Of a stretch of DNA of 64,000 nucleotides, positions 30,401 through 42,879 are shown in pieces. Both the position numbers and the translations under genes were made by a program. The stretch spans positions 434,001-498,000 of the forward strand of contig CAXKVF010000072.1 in NCBI GenBank assembly GCA_964057225.1, in the 5' to 3' direction. Within the stretch, counting starts at the first letter, position 1. Each line of letters opens with the position of its first letter. A model generated the notes under the pieces. That model was not told where the DNA came from. It worked only from the letters and a program-made list of their open reading frames with translations, and did no database searches. The DNA comes from Auanema rhodensis. Taxonomy: Eukaryota; Animalia; Nematoda.

Positions 30401-31680
30401 GTGTACATTTAATTAGCATAAATTAAAGTTCACGTAAATTTCAAAGTCGTGGTTACCATGCACCAATATCAATAAAAATTCGTTTTTAGACTAATATGGA
30501 CATGGGGAATCTAACTTTGAAAACCGCATCTCTTTATCTTTCACGTGAAGCGAGTTACATACCAAGTGCACATCACGTGTACATTTAATTAGCATAAATT
30601 AAAGTTCACGTAAATTTCAAAGTCATGGTTACCATGCACCAATATCAATAAAAATTTGTTTTTAGACTAATATGGACATGGGGAATCTAATTTTGAAAAC
30701 CGCATCTCTTTATCTTTCACGTGAAGCGAGTTACATACCAAGTGCACATCACGTGTACATTTAATTAGCATAAATTAAAGTTCACGTAAATTTCAAAGTC
30801 ATGGTTACCATGAACCAATATCAATAAAAATTTGTGTTTAGACTAATATGGACATGGGGAATCTAATTTTGAAAACCGCATCTCTTTATCTTTCACGTGA
30901 AGCGAGTTACATAACAAGTGCACATCACGTGTACATTTAATTAGCATAAATTAAAGTTCACGTAAATTTCAAAGTCATGGTTACCATGCACCAATATCAA
31001 TAAAAATTTGTTTTTAGACTAATATGGACATGGGGAATCTAATTTTGAAAACCGCATCTCTTTATCTTTCACGTGAAGCGAGTTACATACCAAGTGCACA
31101 TCACGTGTACATTTAATTAGCATAAATTAAAGTTCACGTAAATTTCAAAGTCATGGTTACCATGCACCAATATCAATAAAAATTTGTTTTTAGACTAATA
31201 TGGACATGGGGAATCTAATTTTGAAAACCGCATCTCTTCATCTTTCACGTGAAGCGAGTTACATACCAAGTACACATCAAGTGTACATTTAATTAGCATA
31301 AATTAAAGTTCACGTAAATTTCAAAGTCATGGTTACCATGCACCAATATCAATAAAAATTTGTTTTTAGACTAATATGGACATGGGGAATCTAATTTTGA
31401 AAACCGCATCTCTTTATCTTTCACGTGAAGCGAGTTACATACCAAGTGCACATCACGTGTACATTTAATTAGCATAAATTAAAGTTCACGTAAATTTCAA
31501 AGTCATGGTTACCATGCACCAATATCAATAAAAATTTGTTTTTAGACTAATATGGACATGAGGAATCTAATTTTGAAAACCGCATCTCTTTATCTTTCAC
31601 GTGAAGCGAGTTACATACCAAGTGCACATCACGTGTACATTTAATTAGCATAAATTAAAGTTCACGTAAATTTCAAAGTC
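27457..31680. repeat. 12-monomer (2112-bp) tandem duplication
   Basis: Private variants A156+A174, A57+G72, TGTGTTT+ATAACAAG and C87+A120+A128 repeat with a 2112-bp offset (27457/29569, 28689/30801, 29041/31153). Confidence 0.9.
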
Positions 31681-34600
31681 ATGGTTACCATGCACCAATA
31701 TCAATAAAAATTTGTTTTTAGACTAATATGGACATGGGGAATCTAATTTTGAAAACCGCATCTCTTCATCTTTCACGTGAAGCGAGTTACATACCAAGTG
31801 CACATCACGTGTACATTTAATTAGCATAAATTAAAGTTCACGTAAATTTCAAAGTCATGGTTACCATGCACCAATATCAATAAAAATTTGTTTTTAGACT
31901 AATATGGACATGGGGAATCTAATTTTGAAAACCGCATCTCTTTATCTTTCACGTGAAGCGAGTTACATACCAAGTGCACATCACGTGTACATTTAATTAG
32001 CATAAATTAAAGTTCACGTAAATTTCAAAGTCATGGTTACCATGAACCAATATCAATAAAAAATTGTTTTTAGACTAATATGGACATGGGGAATCTAATT
32101 TTAAAAACCGCATCTCTTCATCTTTCACGTGAAGCGAGTTACATACCAAGTGCACATCACGTGTACATTTAATTAGCATAAATTAAAGTTCACGTAAATT
32201 TCAAAGTCATGGTTACCATGCACCAATATCAATAAAAATTTGTTTTTAGACTAATATGGACATGGGGAATCTAATTTTGAAAACCGCATCTCTTTATCTT
32301 TCACGTGAAGCGAGTTACATACCAAGTGCACATCACGTGTACATTTAATTAGCATAAATTAAAGTTCACGTAAATTTCAAAGTCATGGTTACCATGCACC
32401 AATATCAATAAAAATTTGTTTTTAGACTAATATGGACATGGGGAATCTAATTTTGAAAACCGCATCTCTTCATCTTTCACGTGAAGCGAGTTACATACCA
32501 AGTGCACATCAAGTGTACATTTAATTAGCATAAATTAAAGTTCACGTAAATTTCAAAGTCATGGTTACCATGCACCAATATCAATAAAAATTTGTTTTTA
32601 GACTAATATGGACATGAGGAATCTAATTTTGAAAACCGCATCTCTTTATCTTTCACGTGAAGCGAGTTACATACCAAGTGCACATCACGTGTACATTTAA
32701 TTAGCATAAATTAAAGTTCACGTAAATTTCAAAGTCATGGTTACCATGAACCAATATCAATAAAAATTTGTTTTTAGACTAATATGGACATGGGGAATCT
32801 AATTTTGAGAACCGCATCTCTTTATCTTTCACGTGAAGCGAGTTACATACCAAGTGCACATCACGTGTACATTTAATTAGCATAAATTAAAGTTCACGTA
32901 AATTTCAAAGTCATGGTTACCATGCACCAATATCAATAAAAATTTGTTTTTAGACTAATATGGACATGGGGAATCTAATTTTGAAAACCGCATCTCTTTA
33001 TCTTTCACGTGAAGCGAGTTACATACCAAGTGCACATCACGTGTACATTTAATTAGCATAAATTAAAGTTCACGTAAATTTCAAAGTCATGGTTACCATG
33101 CACCAATATCAATAAAAATTTGTTTTTAGACTAATATGGACATGGGGAATCTAATTTTGAAAACCGCATCTCTTCATCTTTCACGTGAAGCGAGTTACAT
33201 ACCAAGTACACATCAAGTGTACATTTAATTAGCATAAATTAAAGTTCACGTAAATTTCAAAGTCATGGTTACCATGCACCAATATCAATAAAAATTTGTT
33301 TTTAGACTAATATGGACATGGGGAATCTAATTTTGAAAACCGCATCTCTTTATCTTTCACGTGAAGCGAGTTACATACCAAGTGCACATCACGTGTACAT
33401 TTAATTAGCATAAATTAAAGTTCACGTAAATTTCAAAGTCATGGTTACCATGCACCAATATCAATAAAAATTTGTTTTTAGACTAATATGGACATGAGGA
33501 ATCTAATTTTGAAAACCGCATCTCTTTATCTTTCACGTGAAGCGAGTTACATACCAAGTGCACATCACGTGTACATTTAATTAGCATAAATTAAAGTTCA
33601 CGTAAATTTCAAAGTCATGGTTACCATGCACCAATATCAATAAAAATTTGTTTTTAGACTAATATGGACATGGGGAATCTAATTTTGAAAACCGCATCTC
33701 TTCATCTTTCACGTGAAGCGAGTTACATACCAAGTGCACATCACGTGTACATTTAATTAGCATAAATTAAAGTTCACGTAAATTTCAAAGTCATGGTTAC
33801 CATGCACCAATATCAATAAAAATTTGTTTTTAGACTAATATGGACATGGGGAATCTAATTTTGAAAACCGCATCTCTTTATCTTTCACGTGAAGCGAGTT
33901 ACATACCAAGTGCACATCACGTGTACATTTAATTAGCATAAATTAAAGTTCACGTAAATTTCAAAGTCATGGTTACCATGAACCAATATCAATAAAAAAT
34001 TGTTTTTAGACTAATATGGACATGGGGAATCTAATTTTAAAAACCGCATCTCTTCATCTTTCACGTGAAGCGAGTTACATACCAAGTGCACATCACGTGT
34101 ACATTTAATTAGCATAAATTAAAGTTCACGTAAATTTCAAAGTCATGGTTACCATGCACCAATATCAATAAAAATTTGTTTTTAGACTAATATGGACATG
34201 GGGAATCTAATTTTGAAAACCGCATCTCTTTATCTTTCACGTGAAGCGAGTTACATACCAAGTGCACATCACGTGTACATTTAATTAGCATAAATTAAAG
34301 TTCACGTAAATTTCAAAGTCATGGTTACCATGCACCAATATCAATAAAAATTTGTTTTTAGACTAATATGGACATGGGGAATCTAATTTTGAAAACCGCA
34401 TCTCTTCATCTTTCACGTGAAGCGAGTTACATACCAAGTGCACATCAAGTGTACATTTAATTAGCATAAATTAAAGTTCACGTAAATTTCAAAGTCATGG
34501 TTACCATGCACCAATATCAATAAAAATTTGTTTTTAGACTAATATGGACATGAGGAATCTAATTTTGAAAACCGCATCTCTTTATCTTTCACGTGAAGCG

Positions 34601-34848
34601 AGTTACATACCAAGTGCACATCACGTGTACATTTAATTAGCATAAATTAAAGTTCACGTAAATTTCAAAGTCATGGTTACCATGAACCAATATCAATAAA
34701 AATTTGTTTTTAGACTAATATGGACATGGGGAATCTAATTTTGAGAACCGCATCTCTTTATCTTTCACGTGAAGCGAGTTACATACCAAGTGCACATCAC
34801 GTGTACATTTAATTAGCATAAATTAAAGTTCACGTAAATTTCAAAGTC
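30977..34848. repeat. 11-monomer (1936-bp) tandem duplication
   Basis: TTTTAAAAACC monomers start at 32033 and 33969, and TTTGAGAACC monomers at 32737 and 34673. Both offsets are 1936. Confidence 0.9.
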
Positions 34849-35265
34849 ATGGTTACCATGCACCAATATCAATAAAAATTTGTTTTTAGACTAATATGGA
34901 CATGGGGAATCTAATTTTGAAAACCGCATCTCTTTATCTTTCACGTGAAGCGAGTAACATACCAAGTGCACATCACGTGTACATTTAATTAGCATAAATT
35001 AAAGTTCACGTAAATTTCAAAGTCATGGTTACCATGCACCAATATCAATAAAAATTTGTTTTTAGACTAATATGGACATGGGGAATCTAATTTTGAAAAC
35101 CGCATCTCTTTATCTTTCACGTGAAGCGAGTTACATACCAAGTGCACATCACGTGTACATTTAATTAGCATAAATTAAAGTTCACGTAAATTTCAAAGTC
35201 ATGGTTACCATGCACCAATATCAATAAAAATTTGTTTTTAGACTAATATGGACATGGGGAATCTA

Positions 35266-35297
35266 TTTTGATTTTAGTTTAGTTTATTTTTTGGTTT
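35266..35297. other. 32-bp T-rich insertion within a monomer
   Basis: The monomer starting at 35201 is 208 bp. The extra sequence TTTTGATTTTAGTTTAGTTTATTTTTTGGTTT lies between ATCTA and ATTTTGAAAACCG. It produces a TATTTTGA direct repeat at 35264-35271 and 35297-35304. Confidence 0.93.
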
Positions 35298-38200
35298 ATT
35301 TTGAAAACCGCATCTCTTTATCTTTCACGTGAAGCGAGTTACATACCAAGTGCACATCACGTGTACATTTAATTAGCATAAATTAAAGTTCACGTAAATT
35401 TCAAAGTCATGGTTACCATGCACCAATATCAATAAAAATTTGTTTTTAGACTAATATGGACATGGGGAATCTAATTTTGAAAACCGCATCTCTTTATCTT
35501 TCACGTGAAGCGAGTTACATACCAAGTGCTCATCACTTGTACATTTAATTAGCATAAATTAAAGTTCACGTAAATTTCAAAGTCATGGTTACCATGAACC
35601 AATATCAATAAAAATTTGTTTTTAGACTAATATGGACATGAGGAATCTAATTTTGAAAACCGCATCTCTTTATCTTTCACGTGAAGCGAGTTACATACCA
35701 AGTGCACATCACGTGTACATTTAATTAGCATAAATTAAAGTTCACGTAAATTTCAAAGTCATGGTTACCATGCACCAATATCAATAAAAATTTGTTTTTA
35801 GACTAATATGGACATGAGGAATCTAATTTTGAAAACCGCATCTCTTTATCTTTCACGTGAAGCGAGTTACATACCAAGTGCACATCACGTGTACATTTAA
35901 TTAGCATAAATTAAAGTTCACGTAAATTTCAAAGTCATGGTTACCATGCACCAATATCAATAAAAATTTGTTTTTAGACTAATATGGACATGGGGAATCT
36001 AATTTTGAAAACCGCATCTCTTTATCTTTCACGTGAAGCGAGTTACATACCAAGTGCACATCACGTGTACATTTAATTAGCATAAATTAAAGTTCACGTA
36101 AATTTCAAAGTCATGGTTACCATGAAGCAATATCAATAAAAATTTGTTTTTAGACTAATATGGACATGGGGAATCTAATTTTGAAAACCGCATCTCTTCA
36201 TCTTTCACGTGAAGCGAGTTACATACCAAGTACACATCAAGTGTACATTTAATTAGCATAAATTAAAGTTCACGTAAATTTCAAAGTCATGGTTACCATG
36301 CACCAATATCAATAAAAATTTGTTTTTAGACTAATATGGACATGGGGAATCTAATTTTGAAAACCGCATCTCTTTATCTTTCACGTGAAGCGAGTTACAT
36401 ACCAAGTGCACATCACGTGTACATTTAATTAGCATAAATTAAAGTTCACGTAAATTTCAAAGTCATGGTTACCATGCACCAATATCAATAAAAATTTGTT
36501 TTTAGACTAATATGGACATGAGGAATCTAATTTTGAAAACCGCATCTCTTTATCTTTCACGTGAAGCGAGTTACATACCAAGTGCACATCACGTGTACAT
36601 TTAATTAGCATAAATTAAAGTTCACGTAAATTTCAAAGTCATGGTTACCATGCACCAATATCAATAAAAATTTGTTTTTAGACTAATATGGACATGGGGA
36701 ATCTAATTTTGAAAACCGCATCTCTTCATCTTTCACGTGAAGCGAGTTACATACCAAGTACACATCAAGTGTACATTTAATTAGCATAAATTAAAGTTCA
36801 CGTGAATTTCAAAGTCATGGTTACCATGCACCAATATCAATAAAAATTTGTTTTTAGACTAATATGGACATGGGGAATCTAATTTTGAAAACCGCATCTC
36901 TTTATCTTTCACGTGAAGCGAGTTACATACCAAGTGCACATCACGTGTACATTTAATTAGCATAAATTAAAGTTCACGTAAATTTCAAAGTCATGGTTAC
37001 CATGCACCAATATCAATAAAAATTTGTTTTTAGACTAATATGGACATGGGGAATCTAATTTTGAAAACCGCATCTCTTTATCTTTCACGTGAAGCGAGTT
37101 ACATACCAAGTGCACATCACGTGTACATTTAATTAGCATAAATTAAAGTTCACGTAAATTTCAAAGTCATGGTTACCATGAACCAATATCAATAAAAATT
37201 TGTTTTTAGACTAATATGGACATGGGGAATCTAATTTTGAAAACCGCATCTCTTCATCTTTCACGTGAAGCGAGTTACATACCAAGTGCACATCACGTGT
37301 ACATTTAATTAGCATAAATTAAAGTTCACGTAAATTTCAAAGTCATGGTTACCATGCACCAATATCAATAAAAATTTGTTTTTAGACTAATATGGACATG
37401 GGGAATCTAATTTTGAAAACCGCATCTCTTTATCTTTCACGTGAAGCGAGTTACATACCAAGGGCACATCACGTGTACATTTAATTAGCATAAATTAAAG
37501 TTCACGTAAATTTCAAAGTCATGGTTACCATGCACCAATATCAATAAAAATTTGTTTTTAGACTAATATGGACATGGGGAATCTAATTTTGAAAACCGCA
37601 TCTCTTCATCTTTCACGTGAAGCGAGTTACATACCAAGTGCACATCAAGTGTACATTTAATTAGCATAAATTAAAGTTCACGTAAATTTCAAAGTCATGG
37701 TTACCATGCACCAATATCAATAAAAATTTGTTTTTAGACTAATATGGACATGAGGAATCTAATTTTGAAAACCGCATCTCTTTATCTTTCACGTGAAGCG
37801 AGTTACATACCAAGTGCACATCACGTGTACATTTAATTAGCATAAATTAAAGTTCACGTAAATTTCAAAGTCATGGTTACCATGAACCAATATCAATAAA
37901 AATTTGTTTTTAGACTAATATGGACATGGGGAATCTAATTTTGAAAACCGCATCTCTTTATCTTTCACGTGAAGCGAGTTACATACCAAGTGCACATCAC
38001 GTGTACATTTAATTAGCATAAATTAAAGTTCACGTAAATTTCAAAGTCTTGGTTACCATGCACCAATATCAATAAAAATTTGTTTTTAGACTAATATGGA
38101 CATGGGGAATCTAATTTTGAAAACCGCATCTCTTTATCTTTCACGTGAAGCGAGTTACATATCAAGTGCACATCACGTGTACATTTAATTAGCATAAATT

Positions 38201-41192
38201 AAAGTTCACGTCAATTTCAAAGTCATGGTTACCATGCACCAATATCAATAAAAATTTGTTTTTAGACTAATATGGACATGGGGAATCTAATTTTGAAAAC
38301 CGCATCTCTTTATCTTTCACGTGAAGCGAGTTACATACCAAGTGCACATCACGTGTACATTTAATTAGCATAAATTAAAGTTCACGTAAATTTCAAAGTC
38401 ATGGTTACCATGCACCAATATCAATAAAAATTTGTTTTTTGACTAATATGGACATGAGGAATCTAATTTTGAAAACCGCATCTCTTTATCTTTCACGTGA
38501 AGCGAGTTACATACCAAGTGCACATCACGTGTACATTTAATTAGCATAAATTAAAGTTCACGTAAATTTCAAAGTCATGGTTACCATGCACCAATATCAA
38601 TAAAAATTTGTTTTTAGACTAATATGGACATGGGGAATCTAATTTTGAAAACCGCATCTCTTTATATTTCACGTGAAGCGAGTTACATACCAAGTGCACA
38701 TCACGTGTACATTTAATTAGCATAAATTAAAGTTCACGTAAATTTCAAAGTCATGGTTACCATGAACCAATATCAATAAAAATTTGTTTTTAGACTAATA
38801 TGGACATGGGGAATCTAATTTTGAAAACCGCATCTCTTTATCTTTCACGTGAAGCGAGTTACATACCAAGTGCACATCACGTGTACATTTAATTAGCATA
38901 AATTAAAGTTCACGTAAATTTCAAAGTCATGGTTACCATGCACCAATATCAATAAAAATTTGTTTTTAGACTAATATGGACATGGGAAATCTAATTTTGA
39001 AAACCGCATCTCTTTATCTTCCACGTGAAGCGAGTTACATACCAAGTGCACATCACGTGTACATTTAATTAGCATAAATTAAAGTTCACGTAAATTTCAA
39101 AGTCATGGTTACCATGAACCAATATTAATAAAAATTTGTTTTTAGACTAATATGTACATGGGGAATCTAATTTTGAAAACCGCATCTCTTTATCTTTCAC
39201 GTGAAGCGAGTTACATACCAAGTGCACATCACGTGTACATTTAATTAGCATAAATTAAAGTTCACGTAAATTTCAAAGTCATGGTTACCATGCACCAATA
39301 TCAATAAAAATCTGTTTTTAGACTAATATGGACATGGGGAATCTAATTTTGAAAACCGCATCTCTTTATCTTTCACGTGAAGCGAGTTACATACCAAGTG
39401 CACATCACGTGTACATTTAATTAGCATAAATTAAAGTTCACGTAAATTTCAAAGTCATGGTTACCATGCACCAATATCAATAAAAATTTGTTTTTAGACT
39501 AATATGGACATGGGGAATCTAATTTTGAAACCCCATCTCTTTATCTTTCACGTGAAGCGAGTTACATATCAAGTGCACATCACGTGAACATTTAATTAGC
39601 ATAAATTAAAGTTCACGTAAATTTCAAAGTCATGGTTAACATTAACCAATATCAATAAAAATTTGTTTTTAGACTAATATGGACATGGGGAATCTAATTT
39701 TGAAAACCGCATCTCTTTATCTTTCACGTGAAGCGAGTTACATACCAAGTGCACATCACGTGTACATTTAATTAGCATAAATTAAAGTTCACGTAAATTT
39801 CAAAGTCATGGTTACCATGCACCAATATCAATAAAAATTTGTTTTTAGACTAATATGGAAATGGGGAATCTAATTTTGAAAACGGCATCTCTTTATCTTT
39901 CACGTGAAGCGAGTTACATACCAAGTGCACATCACGTGTACATTTAATTAGCATAAATTAAAGTTCACGTAAATTTCAAAGTCATGGTTACCATGAACCA
40001 ATATCAATAAAAATTTGTTTTTAGACTAATATGGACATGGGGAATCTAATTTTGAAAACCGCATCTCTTTATCTTTCACGTGAAGCGAGTTACATACCAA
40101 GTGCACATCACGTGTACATTTAATTAGCATAAATTAAAGTTCACGTAAATTTCAAAGTCATGGTTACCATGCACCAATATCAATAAAAATTTGTTTTTAG
40201 ACTAATATGGACATGGGGAATCTAATTTTGAAAACCGCATCTCTTTATCTTCCACGTGAAGCGAGTTACATACCAAGTGCACATCACGTGTACATTTAAT
40301 TAGCATAAATTAAAGTTCACGTAAATTTCAAAGTCATGGTTACCATGAACCAATATCAATAAAAATTTGTTTTTAGACTAATATGGACATGGGGAATCTA
40401 ATTTTGAAAACCGCATCTCTTTATCTTCCACGTGAAGCGAGTTACATACCAAGTGCACATCACGTGTACATTTAATTAGCATAAATTAAAGTTCACGTAA
40501 ATTTCAAAGTCATGGTTACCATGAACCAATATCAATAAAAATTTGTTTTTAGACTAATATGGACATGGGGAATCTAATTTTGAAAACCGCATCTCTTTAT
40601 CTTTCACGTGAAGCGAGTTACATACCAAGTGCACATCACGTGTACATTTAATTAGCATAAATTAAAGTTCACGTAAATTTCAAAGTCATGGTTACCATGC
40701 ACCAATATCAATAAAAATTTGTTTTTAGACTAATATGGACATGGGGAATCTAATTTTGAAAACCGCATCTCTTTATATTTCACGTGAAGCGAGTTACATA
40801 CCAAGTGCACATCACGTGTACATTTAATTAGCATAAATTAAAGTTCACGTAAATTTCAAAGTCATGGTTACCATGAACCAATATCAATAAAAATTTGTTT
40901 TTAGACTAATATGGACATGGGGAATCTAATTTTGAAAACCGCATCTCTTTATCTTTCACGTGAAGCGAGTTACATACCAAGTGCACATCACGTGTACATT
41001 TATTTAGCATAAATTAAAGTTCACGTAAATTTCAAAGTCATGGTTACCATGCACCAATATCAATAAAAATTTGTTTTTAGACTAATATGGACATGGGAAA
41101 TCTAATTTTGAAAACCGCATCTCTTTATCTTTCACGTGAAGCGAGTTACATACCAAGTGCACATCACGTGTACATTTAATTAGCATAAATTA

Positions 41193-41578
41193 GTCAAGGT
41201 TTATTGTTCTTTATCACAGGTTGTAACATTAGTGGTTTTTAAGAGAAGAAGTATGAAAAAAGATCCTTACAATACGAACATAATTATAAAAATTAAAAAA
41301 TGAATAAGCAATAAATGTGCAAAGTTGAAAAGAGTTATTGAATCAATTTTGTCTTTTAAGATACATACTTTTAGCTAGTCTCTCTATGTATTATGAAATG
41401 TTAACCCATTCTCAAAAAAACAGGGGAGTTGTTCAAATCAGATAAGTGATCTGACCTCTTTTTTTACGTTTACCAGGTGCGGTGGAACTTATAATAAAGT
41501 CGAGCCCGTTCTGGTAAGAAGAGGTAACTGTCACCTGGTTCGTATGGCTAATGCCTATAGAAACTATGGTGAAGTAAC
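41193..41578 (-). mobile_element. ~386-bp non-satellite insertion, copy 1; probable 5'-truncated non-LTR retroelement or retroposed RNA 3' end
   Basis: The sequence is unrelated to the monomer and flanked by a direct repeat AAATTA (41187-41192 and 41579-41584). The host monomer spans 568 = 176+386+6 bp. On the minus strand it ends AATAAA-CCTTGAC, preceded by an AT-rich UTR-like stretch and a GC-richer 5' part. There are no convincing terminal inverted repeats. The insertion itself is certain, but the element class is inference. Boundaries are ambiguous by 1 bp per side (TSD of 4-6 bp). Confidence 0.7.
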
Positions 41579-42464
41579 AAATTAAAGTTCACGTAAATTT
41601 CAAAGTCATGGTTACCATGCACCAATATCAATAAAAATTTGTTTTTAGACTAATATGGACATGGGGAATCTAATTTTGAAAACCGCATCTCTTTATCTTT
41701 CACGTGAAGCGAGTTACATACCAAGTGCACATCACGTGTACATTTAATTAGCATAAATTAAAGTTCACGTAAATTTCAAAGTCATGGTTACCATGCACCA
41801 ATATCAATAAAAATTTGTTTTTAGACTAATATGGACATGGGGAATCTAATTTTGAAAACCGCATCTCTTTATCTTCCACGTGAAGCGAGTTACATACCAA
41901 GTGCACATCACGTGTACATTTAATTAGCATAAATTAAAGTTCACGTAAATTTCAAAGTCATGGTTACCATGCACCAATATCAATAAAAATTTGTTTTTAG
42001 ACTAATATGGACATGGGGAATCTAATTTTGAAAACCGCATCTCTTTATCTTCCACGTGAAGCGAGTTACATACCAAGTGCACATCACGTGTACATTTAAT
42101 TAGCATAAATTAAAGTTCACGTAAATTTCAAAGTCATGGTTACCATGCACCAATATCAATAAAAATTTGTTTTTAGACTAATATGGACATGGGAAATCTA
42201 ATTTTGAAAACCGCATCTCTTTATCTTTCACGTGAAGCGAGTTACATACCAAGTGCACATCACGTGTACATTTATTTAGCATAAATTAAAGTTCACGTAA
42301 ATTTCAAAGTCATGGTTACCATGCACCAATATCAATAAAAATTTGTTTTTAGACTAATATGGACATGGGAAATCTAATTTTGAAAACCGCATCTCTTTAT
42401 CTTTCACGTGAAGCGAGTTACATACCAAGTGCACATCACGTGTACATTTAATTAGCATAAATTA

Positions 42465-42850
42465 GTCAAGGTTTATTGTTCTTTATCACAGGTTGTAACA
42501 TTAGTGGTTTTTAAGAGAAGAAGTATGAAAAAAGATCCTTACAATACGAACATAATTATAAAAATTAAAAAATGAATAAGCAATAAATGTGCAAAGTTGA
42601 AAAGAGTTATTGAATCAATTTTGTCTTTTAAGATACATACTTTTAGCTAGTCTCTCTATGTATTATGAAATGTTAACCCATTCTCAAAAAAACAGGGGAG
42701 TTGTTCAAATCAGATAAGTGATCTGACCTCTTTTTTTACGTTTACCAGGTGCGGTGGAACTTATAATAAAGTCGAGCCCGTTCTGGTAAGAAGAGGTAAC
42801 TGTCACCTGGTTCGTATGGCTAATGCCTATAGAAACTATGGTGAAGTAAC
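42465..42850 (-). mobile_element. ~386-bp non-satellite insertion, copy 2, identical to copy 1
   Basis: Same sequence, same AAATTA flanks (42459-42464 and 42851-42856) and same position in the monomer. The offset of 1272 bp equals 5x176 + 392. Confidence 0.7.
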
Positions 42851-42879
42851 AAATTAAAGTTCACGTAAATTTCAAAGTC

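Noticed and set aside
35272-35286. Telomeric repeat insertion (TTTAG TTTAG)
   Set aside because: It lacks the G run of TTAGG, TTAGGG or TTTAGGG and has only two short units.
41193-41578. MITE, DNA transposon or Helitron interpretation of the insert
   Set aside because: There are no terminal inverted repeats beyond 2-3 bp and no TC...CTRR ends. A TSD is present, which Helitrons do not make.
41430-41578. Hammerhead ribozyme or tRNA-derived SINE head in the insert
   Set aside because: No CUGANGA core on either strand, and no convincing A-box/B-box pair or cloverleaf.
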